Part shown: piece by piece, positions 25,265 through 37,487 of the stretch
Position numbering within the stretch: position 1 is the stretch's first letter
Layout of the letters: the number at the start of each line of letters is the position of its first letter
Assembly (NCBI RefSeq): GCF_006345805.1
Contig: NC_042998.1
Coordinates: 129,332,001-129,396,000 of the forward strand
From: Octopus sinensis
Taxonomy: Eukaryota
Length of the DNA: 64,000 bases
Direction of reading: 5' to 3'
Program-made: the position numbers and the translations under genes
The notes under the pieces: model-generated
What the model saw: the letters and a program-made list of their open reading frames with translations, nothing else
What the model was told of the DNA's origin: nothing
Databases searched by the model: none

Positions 25265-26010
25265 AAAGTGAACAACAACAACAGCAAGAAGAAGAAGAAG
25301 AAGGAGGAGGAGGAGAGAAGAGGAAGAAGAAGAAGAAGAAGAAGAAAAAGAAGAAGAAGAAGGAGGAGGAGGAGGAGAAGAAAAGAAGAAGAAGAGGAAG
25401 AAGAGAAGAAAAAAATAAGATAAGAAGAAGAGAAGAAGAATAAGAAAGGAAGAAAAAGAAGAAGAAGAGGAAGGAAAAGGAAAAGAAGAAGAAGAAAAAA
25501 GAAGAAGAAGAGGAAGGAAAAGGAAAAGAAGAAGAAGAAAAAAAAGAAGAAGGAAAAGAAAAAGAAGAAGGAAAAGAAAAAGAAGAAGAAGAAGAAGGGG
25601 AGGAAGAAGAAAAAGAAGAAGGAGAAGAAAAAGAAGAAGAAGAAGGAAAAGAAAAAGAAGAGGAAGAAGAAGGAAAAGAAAAAGAAGTGGAAGAAGAAGA
25701 AAAAGAAGAAGAGGAAGAAAAAAGAAGAAGAAGAGGAAGAAAAAGAAAAAGAAGAAGAGGAAGAAAAGAAAAAGAAGAAGAGGAAGAAAAAGAAAAAGAA
25801 GAAGAGGAAGAAAAAGAAAAAGAAGAAGAGGAAGAAAAAGAAAAAGAAGAAGAGGAAGTAGAAGAAAAAGAAGAAGAGGAAGTAGAAGAAAAAGAAGAAG
25901 ATGAAGAAGAGGAAGAGAAGAAAAAGAAGAAGAGGAAGAAGAAGAAAAAGAAGAAGAGGAAGAAAATGAAGAAGAAGAAGAAGAACAAGAACAACAACAA
26001 CAACTGCAAC
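25265..26010 (+). repeat. About 750-bp polypurine (GAA/GGA/AAA) tract with a cryptic 21-bp unit
   Basis: Nearly pyrimidine-free on the + strand. Repeated GAGGAAGAAAAAGAAAAAGAA-like units around 25720-25900. Confidence 0.95.
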
Positions 26011-26239
26011 TAAGCATCGACGGGTCTTCTATGTGATTAGTCTAAGTGCTGGAAATCAAAGCCAAATCCCCATCAAATCGTATTCTAAGGGAAGAATACA
26101 TCGCATTCTCTCATTTTGTAACTGACATAACGGTCAACTAGAATTCTCTGAGCCTATGTCTCCTTATTTGGGGTTGACGAAGGGGATAAACAACAAAAAC
26201 AACCATAACAAATAAAACTACTGCTACTGACACTACTGT

Positions 26240-26262
26240 CACTGCTGGTGCTGCTGTTGCTG

Positions 26263-26294
<32 letters not shown>

Positions 26295-26385
26295 GCTGCT
26301 GGTGCTGCTGCTGCTACTGCTGCTGGTGCTGCTGCTGCTACTGCTGCTGGTGCTGCTGCTGCTACTGCTGCTGGTGCTGCTGCTG

Positions 26386-26416
<31 letters not shown>

Positions 26417-26423
26417 CACCACC

Positions 26424-26464
<41 letters not shown>

Positions 26465-26530
26465 CACAGCTACTGTTTCTGCCATTTCTGCTGCTGCTGT
26501 TTCTACTACTACTACTACTACTACTACTAG
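26240..26530 (+). repeat. Mixed trinucleotide tract (CTA/CTG/CCA) with four 21-bp units
   Basis: Repeated gctgctggtgctgctgctgctact-like units flanked by (CTA)n and (CCA)n. Confidence 0.9.
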
Positions 26531-27314
26531 TACCACCAACACCACCAGAAGCATATCAGCTTTGCCGTCCGCACATACCTACCACCACTCCACCTCACTG
26601 GTCACACACACATACACATACACGCACACACTATAACCATTAACGACCAGAGACTTGTGAACCGTACCGTACTTTCATCAACTCCAGTCACTTACATAAT
26701 AAATCTTTTCACACAAAGACGACAACACTGGCCAAAGTTCTCCCTTGACCACCATTGCTATTCATATTGTTTGTTGGGCAAGCGTCTTGTTTTTAATTGA
26801 CATTTTTTTTTCTGCTAGTCTCTTTTGAATTCTTCGACAATGTCGTTCGGACTTTGTTGATGGCAAGTTGGAACGAAGCCAACAACGGTTGAGCTTTTAA
26901 TGGAATTTCACCGAACATGGTAAGGGTCAGAGAAAGAAATGGAAATGGTAATTGCTAGCCGGAATCGTTATTTCAAGTGATTTACTTTTCCGATTGAAGT
27001 TGATCAAAAGAAAACGCAAAACCAAAACCAAGACCAAAAGAGTATTCACTTCATGTGTATGCATGCATACATGCATGTATGTATGTATGTATGTATGTAT
27101 GTATGTATGTATGTATGTATGTATGTATGTATGCATGCATGTTTGTGTGTATGTGTGTGCGTGCTCGCGCGCGTGCGTGAGTGTATGCGTGCATGTGTAT
27201 ATGTGCGTATGAATATTCATGTAAGTATACGTGTGTATAACTGTGTGCATGCATACACACACACAGCTACATATATGTATATGTTGCGAAAATATACGCT
27301 CATGTATATATATA

Positions 27315-27352
<38 letters not shown>

Positions 27353-27527
27353 TATATACTCGTGTGTGTATGTATACATATATTTATATATATGTGTGTG
27401 TATATATATATATATATCTATATATATATATGTATACATACACACAAGCATATATGCATATATAAATATGCATATATACTTGTGTGGTGTGGTATATATA
27501 TATATTATATATATATATATAAATGTG

Positions 27528-27561
<34 letters not shown>

Positions 27562-28227
27562 ATATGTATACACGGACCCACACATGTATGTACATATACA
27601 TGTTTCCACACACAGAGACACACATTCATATGAAGTGTAAGTTCGAGATGAAGCCCTTAAACCTACTCTTTTTAAATAACGACCGGATTAATTGGAATGA
27701 AAAAAGTGTTTGGGGGAAGAAATGTAAAACCATTGACGTGTAGCACTGTACAGCAATGCTTTATTTACAAAACCTGAAAGTAAAAGAAAAAGAAATATAC
27801 ACACACATATCAAAAGAAAAAAAAAACAGGTTAGTGGGAAGTAGATTGAAACCCCTAAATAAGCAATCAAATATATAAATAAATAAACGGAAAAGTTAAT
27901 AAAAAAAAGGGGGTTGTAGAGGAACGAGAAGGCGGAGTAAAAGAAATATATGCATAAGGGACAACGTGTCGTTGATGGCGGAGGATAATGTGAAGAAGAG
28001 GAAGAGGCTGGTATTACAAGATTTTGTTAGAATGTTGTATAAGAAGAAAGATGGAAAGAAGCACATCATCTCTCTTCTGGTGTCTATCTCAAATTATCTC
28101 ATGCTTAGTTACACTCTCTATCTCTCTCCCTCACTTCCTCCTTATCTCTCTCCCTCGTTCTCTTTCCACTCCTGTCCATCGCATATGTATACGTATAAAG
28201 GGATACATACATGCGTATATGCTTGTC

Positions 28228-28274
<47 letters not shown>

Positions 28275-29240
28275 CTTACGTTGATAAATATTTACTTCTC
28301 ATAGTCGAAAGAATTCATTAAAGAGGTTCCTTTCGATGGAGAAGCGATTATCTCTGCACTTTCTTCTATTTAATGCTTCATTCCGAATAGGAAAAAAGCT
28401 GCACACTTGATCCTCTTGATGGCTCCGGAGAACAGAGGTAGGAGAGAAGGAAGTGGGGAATCTGGTTTGAATGCGTGCAACAGAAGTGGCTCTGCCAAAG
28501 ACAGTCGCGTGCAATTTGGTGATTGGTGCTAAACGGGATCAATTAAGGAGATTAAACTAAAGTGGTAGGGTTGTGAAGGTCATTCCTTTATTCGGGGTCT
28601 TTTATGTACACACCTCGTTCCTGTACCAGCTTGCCATAAACTTATTTTATGGTCTTTTGCTGTAGCAGAATTTAACGCTGACGTTTTTCTTTTTCATTGA
28701 TGTTCAACTATTAGTTTTGTCCCTGTTGATCGATTTAAGTCACTGAAGTATTACCTCTGATCCCGGAAAAACAGACTCGATATTTCTCGCAGGTAAAGAA
28801 AACGAAATATCAGGACATATTCGACGAGGTCCTTGTCGAAGGATAGCTTGTGCCCTCATTCCCTATTGATGACGCCTGCTGCGGTTTTCCAGCTATATTC
28901 CTGCCGAAGATAAGTCAGGAATCTAGACAACTGAGAAAAGTCACGAAGAAAATAAGCACAGCAGCTGAAACTAGCTGAAGGTGGCTATGGTTGATAATAG
29001 ACTGCAAGCGGATCTCTTCCGTAGGTGAAGTTTAGTTCAATCTCCGCAGCCCTGCTGTCAAACGACATAGGGGTCGAAACGCTTGTGACCCTCAGATACC
29101 TACTGACGATCGAGAAGTGTTTCCAGCATTGCAATGGATTTAGAATAGCTTGAAAAAACTCTGAGAGATCAATGCAGCTCTGATATTTATTTTACCCACA
29201 TACTTCACCTTCACGCTATGATGAATACCTGCCAAAACGT

Positions 29241-29465
29241 TTAGCCGTTTGGCATTTAAACTAGTCATATTCCACCCACATATTCTGTCGGTTTTATATT
29301 CATACCAACCAGATCTAACATCTCACATCTAACTCCCATTGTATTTCCAAAAATACAGTCATATCATCGAATTCTTGAAGCCATGTGATAATGCATGATT
29401 GATTCAAGACAATTTGAGTAAATAAGTATTACATTTAATTGAATAATTTGAATGTTAAGGGTTCG
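29241..29465. mobile_element. Degraded MITE-like element (possibly piggyBac-type ends)
   Basis: Imperfect termini ttag-CCGTTTGGCATT ... AATGTTAAGGG-ttcg. The superfamily assignment is inference. Confidence 0.35.
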
Positions 29466-29824
29466 TGAATTGCCCCAAAGTTAATTTACCTTTTTATCAG
29501 TCCCTAATCCTCGAATTTTCGGGCTTATTTTGAAATATCTTCTTGCAAAGATTATCTTCTGTTGACATTTTTGAGAATCAGAATTTTTTGGAGGGAACAT
29601 TTGTCAGCTGTACAATATCTCTTGTCTGCAGCAACAAACTGTACTTCTTTCCGAAATATGTAAATACTGTACCTATATTTTGAACTGAGGCATTGACATT
29701 ACTAAAACATTGACTTCCCATATTTTGACACTATTGCCATTCCATCGAGACAATACTCATTCGTATTACGACTTCACATGCAGTAGAGTATTCAAATCAT
29801 CTTTCACCAGCTAACCAGCAATTT

Positions 29825-30132
29825 GGGATAGTGTGTAAGTCGATTAAATCGAACCCATTCAACTGGTACTTTATGTTATCGACCTCGAAAGAATGAAAGC
29901 CAAAGTCGATCCGGGCTCATTTATTATTTTTAAAATTTTAAGGCGGCGAGCTTACAGAATACTTTGCAGGCGGGGTAGAATGCTTAGCGGTATTTCAACC
30001 GTCCTACCGTGGTACACTTTGCCTTTCATCGTTTCGGGGTCAATAAAATAAATACCAATTAAACACTGGGGTTGATGTAATCGAATTATCCCACTCCGAA
30101 ATTGCAGGCCTCGTGCTAAAATTTGAAACTAA
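29825..30132. mobile_element. Two SINE family A copies in inverted orientation
   Basis: Partial minus copy at about 29825-29915 and a plus copy at 29939-30132 starting AAGGCGGCGAGC. Confidence 0.8.
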
Positions 30133-32316
30133 TATTTGTAACCTTATTTCAAGTGTTATCTCTGACATTCTTGTATAACCTAAACTTACTAAGGTCTTCC
30201 TTTCGTTTTATTTCTCTCGAACATGATCCAATTATTATTTGGAGATGAGGAATATGCAGAGTTTAAATCTGCAAGTAAATATACTAAGTGATATATTCCG
30301 TATGTATTCCGTATGAATTCTGTATGTATCACATGTTTTAATATAGGAAACAGGGACGAATGTGGAAAATAGATTTATATTACAAGACAAATACAAATAA
30401 ATGAAGTTATTAAAAAACACCATATATTGAATCTCGCTATTGACTCAGGACCACCGACGTCCATTCCGCAGTTTCCAAAGAAAACCCAAATGAACGGTTT
30501 TATTGATATTTAACAATTATTTACAGCGTCATAAATAACCTTCGTTTAATATCATGGACTATTTGAAGAGAAGAGGTAGGCGAAGGTCACTGTCCTCTAG
30601 CATAACGAAAGGACCGGTTGGTTTCATACTTATTTTAATGAGTTCCCAAATGGAACTTAATGGCTCCGTTGTTGAAAAATTCCCTTCGCAATCACATACT
30701 TTCGAGTTCTTGCTCACTGTGTGGTACATAGTATGATTTTGACGATAATCTCAGGTCCACTAATGCAATATGAGTAAAACTGTAGAAGCTGTTCAAAATG
30801 ATCATTTCTCTTCTTTGGTAGTGGATGTAATCAATCATCCGGTTTAACATCAACGCATGGATCTTGGGTGCATTTAGCAGGGTTTACTCTATTGTAAGCA
30901 TTCAGTATACGTCTCATATATTCTAACAGTTTCATCGGGTCTGAAAAGGGGGTCTTTGGGGGAGAAAGACTGCAGGCCTTCCTCTACGAAGCAATTAAAT
31001 TATTGATGCTCTACAATAACATCATTTGTTTGTATTTGTCTTGCTATATAATATCGTTATTTTCCACATTCATTTCTGTTTCCCATATTAAAACATCCGA
31101 TGCATACGGAATCTATCATCATCTCTACATTCATAGAAGAAAATTTAGAATGGTGGCGTCAATTGAAAATTGAAAGCTTAAAATCTTCCTTTTATTCAAA
31201 ATGTTTTATTTCCTAACAGCATGTACACATCAACTATAATTATATGTAACAATTGACCGAAAATTGGTCAAATATTGTAGCATGAAGAATGGGGAACGGG
31301 CTGGGGTGGATGTTCAACTAATAAGTACTTGGAGAATGGGGGGAATATTCAAATAATAAGTACAGAGTTCTGAAGCTATCACAAATCAAAAACAAGAACA
31401 AAAAGATTCTGCAACAATAAATAACTGTTAAAAAGAAACAGCTTAGCGGCATAGGATTATATTATATTGATCCAAACTTACATATAACATTTGCTATCTG
31501 TTGAATGTTGATTTCGTAAAATAGGAAGGAGCCAACTATTATATTTAAAAAACAAAACAAAACAAAAAACATGGAAATAAAACGAAATAAGATGAAATAA
31601 AAGCTTTATCTCACCCAGTTCAGTTCAATTCAATTCGACAACACAAAGTTAAACGATAACATTCAAGTGATTATAAGAGAAAGAAAGAAAAGATATAAAT
31701 ACGAACGGTTAAATTGTTTGAAACCTCTCAGCTTGCACTTTGGTTATTATTCTCTATTCTGTTGCCAGTGACTAAACAATTATCAAAGACATTAACATTT
31801 GCACTCAAACTTAACGTTGTTAAAATGTGGTTCTCTAGTTTTGATGACATCATATTTCGATTGGCTAAAGTGATCGCTATAAGGGTTGCTTGGTTCAATA
31901 ACCACTATCGATTGCTCAATGTTTATATGTTAAAAATTCCTTTCATCTTTTAGTTTGTCGCTTGGGACTTGCGAACATTCTCTGTTCATTAGTTTGACTC
32001 TTTTATATCGAGTCTGCAAAGCTTTAGGTCTTTCGGTTCGTTGCTTCAAGTGCTATTTCGAATAACCGTTCTTTCTGCTGAATAGTTTTCTTTTACTTCA
32101 CCAAATTTTCCTTGCCCTTTCTTTAATGCAGTGTCAGTAGACATATTACCTGTTTGATACACACACACACAAACACGCACTCAAATATACATACGCACGC
32201 GCAGATGAATACAGAAACTTATAGCCGGTATGCAGATATATCTTCCTTACGAAACATTTATGTTTATATATGTGCACGCACGAACTTAGATACCAGTACA
32301 TCAATGACCATATCAA

Positions 32317-32409
<93 letters not shown>

Positions 32410-32418
32410 ATACATATG

Positions 32419-32456
<38 letters not shown>

Positions 32457-32876
32457 CATATGTATATATGTGTATATATATATATATATACGCACAAATA
32501 TGCTACGCTCAATGAACCTAAAATCTCAATTTCTCTTTCCTAGACTACGCATAAATACACAAATGTACGTGCATATATACATACTCACACTCACACATGT
32601 GCGTGTTTGTGTGTGTGTGTGTGTTTGTTTATTTGTTTGTTAGTGAATGTGTTTGTGTATGTGGCCGCGTATGTGTAAATGCCTAATAATTATAATGTAA
32701 TGAATATGGCCATTTAGCTGATTTATTAACTTTATTAAATTAAACTATTATCTGTTTTCTTGATGTTCATAGCATCACTTCCATTTTTCAATAACTGAAC
32801 GTTTATGATAGACATTAATGCCGCCATTGTTTTAACCTTACTCTCTTTGTTATTATAATCATGTACTTCATCATCC

Positions 32877-32982
<106 letters not shown>

Positions 32983-34021
32983 AAGGGCGTTGAATGGACA
33001 CGTCGGTGAATCGTTAGACAAATTGTCTTGCCGTATACAAATTGCCTTGCCCTTTATATCCGGAGGCCATATCTTGCCGAAGTCGGTTTCATCTTTAATC
33101 ACGCTACAATCAATAAAGTACCAGTTAAGGACTGAGGGTGATTAAATCGACCTTCGATTGAAAGAATCAACTGAGCGTCGGAGAAAAATCCTTTGCGGTA
33201 TTTGTACTACCTTTAAACATTCTAATTTCAAATCAAACCGATGTCAAATTTAGCTTTCGTTCATTCAAGATAAACTCTAGAGGCACGGATGTGTTGTCAG
33301 TGGGCTTGTCCGAGGGGCGCGTAGAATGACAAAACCGTTCTGCACGTACTCATTCAGTGTCCGGGTATTGCTGACTTGTGAGGTTATGTAGAATAGCTGC
33401 TGTCACGTGTGGAACGTATCCGTCTATCGACCGAGTCTATAGTGATAATTGCCCTACAACCCTCCTTTAATTGGGCAGGCAAGGCAACTTTCCTTTGCCT
33501 GTTGGCTGTGTCAAAAGAGTCGAGGCTGAAAGGTATGAGGGCAAATACATTCCTCTTTGGTAGAGGTCTCATTGTCTTCTTCAAGTTTCACTTGAAAAAG
33601 AGATTCGGGGTGAGAAGGAAGTGCTGTCTTCAAGTGTGCTTATTGAAAGCTGGCTGAAAGTTGCGAAAATGTAGACCTGTGAGTCAGAGAAAGAGAATTG
33701 GAGAGGGCTCATGCCCTTGGTACTCAGGGAGATCTTGGACAGTGGAGTTCTTCGATTATCTTTAGAGGACATTTTGTATCTGGAGGACTACATTTCTATC
33801 CTCCCACCTTTTAAAGCCTTTGTATACTAGGTATATTACCTTTCCTTTTGATTGTATACCGTGTATACTTACTCATTTTTGTTATACTTATTTTTTTATT
33901 TTATCATTTCATGGTATGTAAACACTCACACTGCATGTCTGTTTTGTATTGTCCCCCTCGTCCTTCACCCTGATGGCAAATAAATGAAATAATAATAATA
34001 ATAGTAACGATGATGATGATG

Positions 34022-34060
<39 letters not shown>

Positions 34061-34069
34061 GTAACGATG

Positions 34070-34136
<67 letters not shown>

Positions 34137-34179
34137 GAAGAAGAAGAAGAAGAAGAAGAAAAAGAAGAAAAAGAAGAAT

Positions 34180-34640
34180 GATCCATTGGGAACTCTGTAG
34201 AAATCACAGCCTACAAAGAACAAAGACGTGGTATCAGCTAACCGCAGAAGGATTCACCGAAATGAGAATTGCAGTATCCTGTGGGATGCAATAATTCAGT
34301 GCGATCACCTGACCAGACATTGGAAACCGGATATTGTATGGCGAATTAAAAAGAAAGAACATGTATGATAATCGACGTAGCATGGCTCGGTGACAATAGG
34401 ATCAATATGAAAGAAGTAGAAAAATAAGCATCTATGACGATTTGAAGTGAGAAATACGAAGTTTGTGGTCAATAGGGAGAGTAGATGTGATACCAACAGC
34501 AATTGGTGCACTTGGAAGTATCAGTATTCAACTACCAGCATGGCTGAAATGAGAAAGATCAGTGCAAGTGTGGAGGTAGAACAATTACAAAAGTCAGCAT
34601 GGCTTGGAACTGCAAGAATTATTCGCAGGGTTCTTGAAGC
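34180..34640 (+). mobile_element. Dong/R4-like LINE 3' fragment
   Basis: ILWDAIIQCDH...KPDIV...IIDVAW...AIGALGS...LQKSAWLGTARIIRRVLE. Flanked by (AAT)n. Confidence 0.85.
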
Positions 34641-34723
34641 ACGACCAGTAACACAAGTGTCACCTTCGTCTGCTGACAGTATAAGTTGTGAGTTTTAATG
34701 CAATAATAATTATAATGATGATG

Positions 34724-34768
<45 letters not shown>

Positions 34769-34789
34769 TATTATTATTATTAATAATAC

Positions 34790-34871
<82 letters not shown>

Positions 34872-34875
<4 letters not shown>

Positions 34876-35773
34876 CCTGCTACAGTATGCTGCTAATGCA
34901 GAAGGATTTACCAAAAGTGGACTTGAGAAATGCTAATCAATTCCGATTACGAATAGCCAACGAGAGAGAAGAATCTCTACTCTGCATGGAATTTCAGGGT
35001 CAGTTTCACCGCGAAATAAACAAATTAAAAGATCAGATGGTAGCTCAGCAAGGGTGACCTAAAAAAGAAGACTGAGAACCTAATCAAAGCTACCCAGTAT
35101 CAGGCATTGAATACCAACTGTGATATATATCACAGAAGTGCAACGAATCTCTACAGAATGTGTAGGAAGAGGGTCGAAAGCGTGACTCAGTTAATGCTTG
35201 CTAAAGTCTTGCGCAGAAAGAGTACAAGCGCAGACACGACAAAATAGAGCAGAGCCTTCAGTGGCTACTATGCTGAAAGTATGGATATGAGGTAAAGGGT
35301 GCTTGGTACCAGCATACATCAGAAAAGGTAATGAACGAAACAGGGAAGGCAAAAATCCTCTGGGACAAGGTGTTAGAGTAACGTTTAGGAGGGACAAGCA
35401 GAAGTGGTTACTAATCGACGTTGGAGTGCCAGGAGATCAACATATTATCATGAAAGGAAGAGAAAAGATTGATAAATATGAAGACCTGGAATTGAGACCG
35501 CTATAATATGGCAGGGTGAAACTTAAAGGTTGTCCCTATTGCCATCGGAGCATTGGGTTCAATACCACCCAACCTGAAGAAACGTCTGGAAACTACAAAT
35601 ACCCTAGAATCTAGATGTATTGCAAACATCGGTATTACTTGGAACAGCACACATATTGCGTAAAGTTCTGTCTGCCTGAGGTCCTTGTTGTGACTTGACA
35701 GACAGTACTAATCCCTGGTAGACAAAATATCTTCAATCAACAACATCACGATATTGGACACTGTGCGACGTCT

Positions 35774-35775
<2 letters not shown>
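34872..35775 (+). mobile_element. Dong/R4-like LINE 3' fragment with 3' UTR ending in (AAT)n
   Basis: KGDLKKKTE, LLIDVGVPGDQHIIMKGREKIDKYEDLE, VVPIAIGALGSIP, LLGTAHILRKVL. (AAT)n on both sides. Confidence 0.85.
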
Positions 35776-35816
<41 letters not shown>

Positions 35817-35841
35817 TGATGATGATGATGATGAAGAAGAA

Positions 35842-35907
<66 letters not shown>

Positions 35908-36369
35908 ATTAAATTCTCGGATGCAGTACCAGGCAGTGACTTTCGTGGCTTCTCATTTTAACGGATCGGAAGTGTTATCATGTACATTGTTTTGTCTTGG
36001 TATAAAAGATGGGCTACAGCAGATATTCTGCTCAATACCACAGATTTGTTTGTCAGTTGTTTGACCTTAACCAGTTGAGCATGTCCCTTAGTGGCTGACG
36101 ATATGTGCATCTCTGATCATGAGAAGAAGTAGTGAGTGAGCATCATAGCGATGTGTTGAGAGGAATTCTTTGGGGTTTGAATAATTCCCCCTCTGGGAAC
36201 ATGGGTGTTTTGTTCATCAGACGGGTAATTACGGACTTCGTATATTTTACCCCTTGCCACTTTGATAGAATGCACTGCTTTTTCACTAAAAAAAAAAAAA
36301 AAAAATAATAATAATAATGCACAGTCAGTTATTGAAAAATAAAGATGAAATTGATTAGAATTGAACCTG

Positions 36370-36897
36370 GCAACGGCTGCTGAAAGGAGACTTAAAAGAG
36401 CCCACTGAGGCCTTAGTATACAGCGCTCAAGAACAAGTACTCAGAATACATTACTCCAAATATTACATTGATAAAAACACTGACTCGCCAAAGTGTACGA
36501 TGTGCTCTGAATAGGGAAAAAGTATAAGCTGTATTGTTTGTGAGTACTGTAAGCTCGAACAACGCGAATACAAAAGAAGGAAATACAGCCAGAAATGTCC
36601 ACTGGCTGTTGTGCAGTAAAGCAAACCCCGAGAGAGCAGAACAATGGTATGAACACAAGTCAGAGGAAGTAATGGAAAACAAACATTACAAAATACTCTG
36701 GGAGTTTTCAACATGCAGTGCGACCAAGTCCCTATTTGTAATACGTACCTCTCGAGAGTTTTCCTCACTGTTCCCAGGGCTCCGACAATTATTGGTATTG
36801 CTGCTACCTTTTTCATCGACCACAACTGCTTAACTTCCCAAGCTAACCTGTCATATCTCTTGATTTTTCTTGCTTCCTTATCGCATACCTTGTTGTC
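36370..36897. mobile_element. Dong/R4-like LINE fragments in opposite orientations
   Basis: + strand 36370-36730 (AQEQVL...KCTMC...VHWLLC...WYEH...KILWEF). - strand 36897-36727 (KEARKIKRYDRLAWEVKQLW...IPIIVGALGTV). Confidence 0.8.
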
Positions 36898-37001
36898 AGC
36901 CTTTCGGGGTCGATAACTTAAGTACCAGTGTAACACTGGCGTCGATGTAATCGAATAGCTCCTTCAGCCAAATTTCAGGCCTTATGTCTATAGTAAAAAG
37001 G

Positions 37002-37072
<71 letters not shown>

Positions 37073-37487
37073 GGCCGTGGGTTGACAGAATCTTTAGCAC
37101 CGCAGAGAAAATGATTAGCGCCATTTCAACCATCTTATTCTACCCAGGTGAATTTACCCTTTCAACCTTTCGGGGTCGATAAAATATGTACCAGTTGAAG
37201 ACTAGAGATGATGTAAACGACTCCTCAACGCCATGAAAAATTGCTGGCCTTGTGCCAAATTTGAAACCATTATTATTATTATTGTCGTTGTTGTTATTTC
37301 TATTATTGCTGTTGCTGCTGCTGTTGCTGTTGTTTTTGTTGTTGTTGTTGTTGTTGTTATTATTATTATTAAGGTTGCGACGTAGTAGAATCGCTAGCAC
37401 GCCGTTTTTTACGTTCTGAGTACAAATTCCACCGAGGTTGACTTGGCCTTTCTTCCTTTCAGGGTTGATAAATTAAGTATCAATTGC
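36897..37487 (+). mobile_element. Cluster of three SINE family A copies separated by (ATT)n/(GTT)n
   Basis: Partial copy 36897-37005, full copy about 37070-37270, and a copy from 37370 cut off at 37487 by the RTE LINE. Confidence 0.8.

Noticed and set aside
28290-29150. Protein-like frames after AG acceptors (SKEFIKEVPFDGEAII..., VKKTKYQDIFDEVLVEG...) and CTGACGA/GAAAC words near 29075-29110
   Set aside because: The frames are short and stop-interrupted with no recognisable family, and the ribozyme words are in an order and pairing that do not fold.
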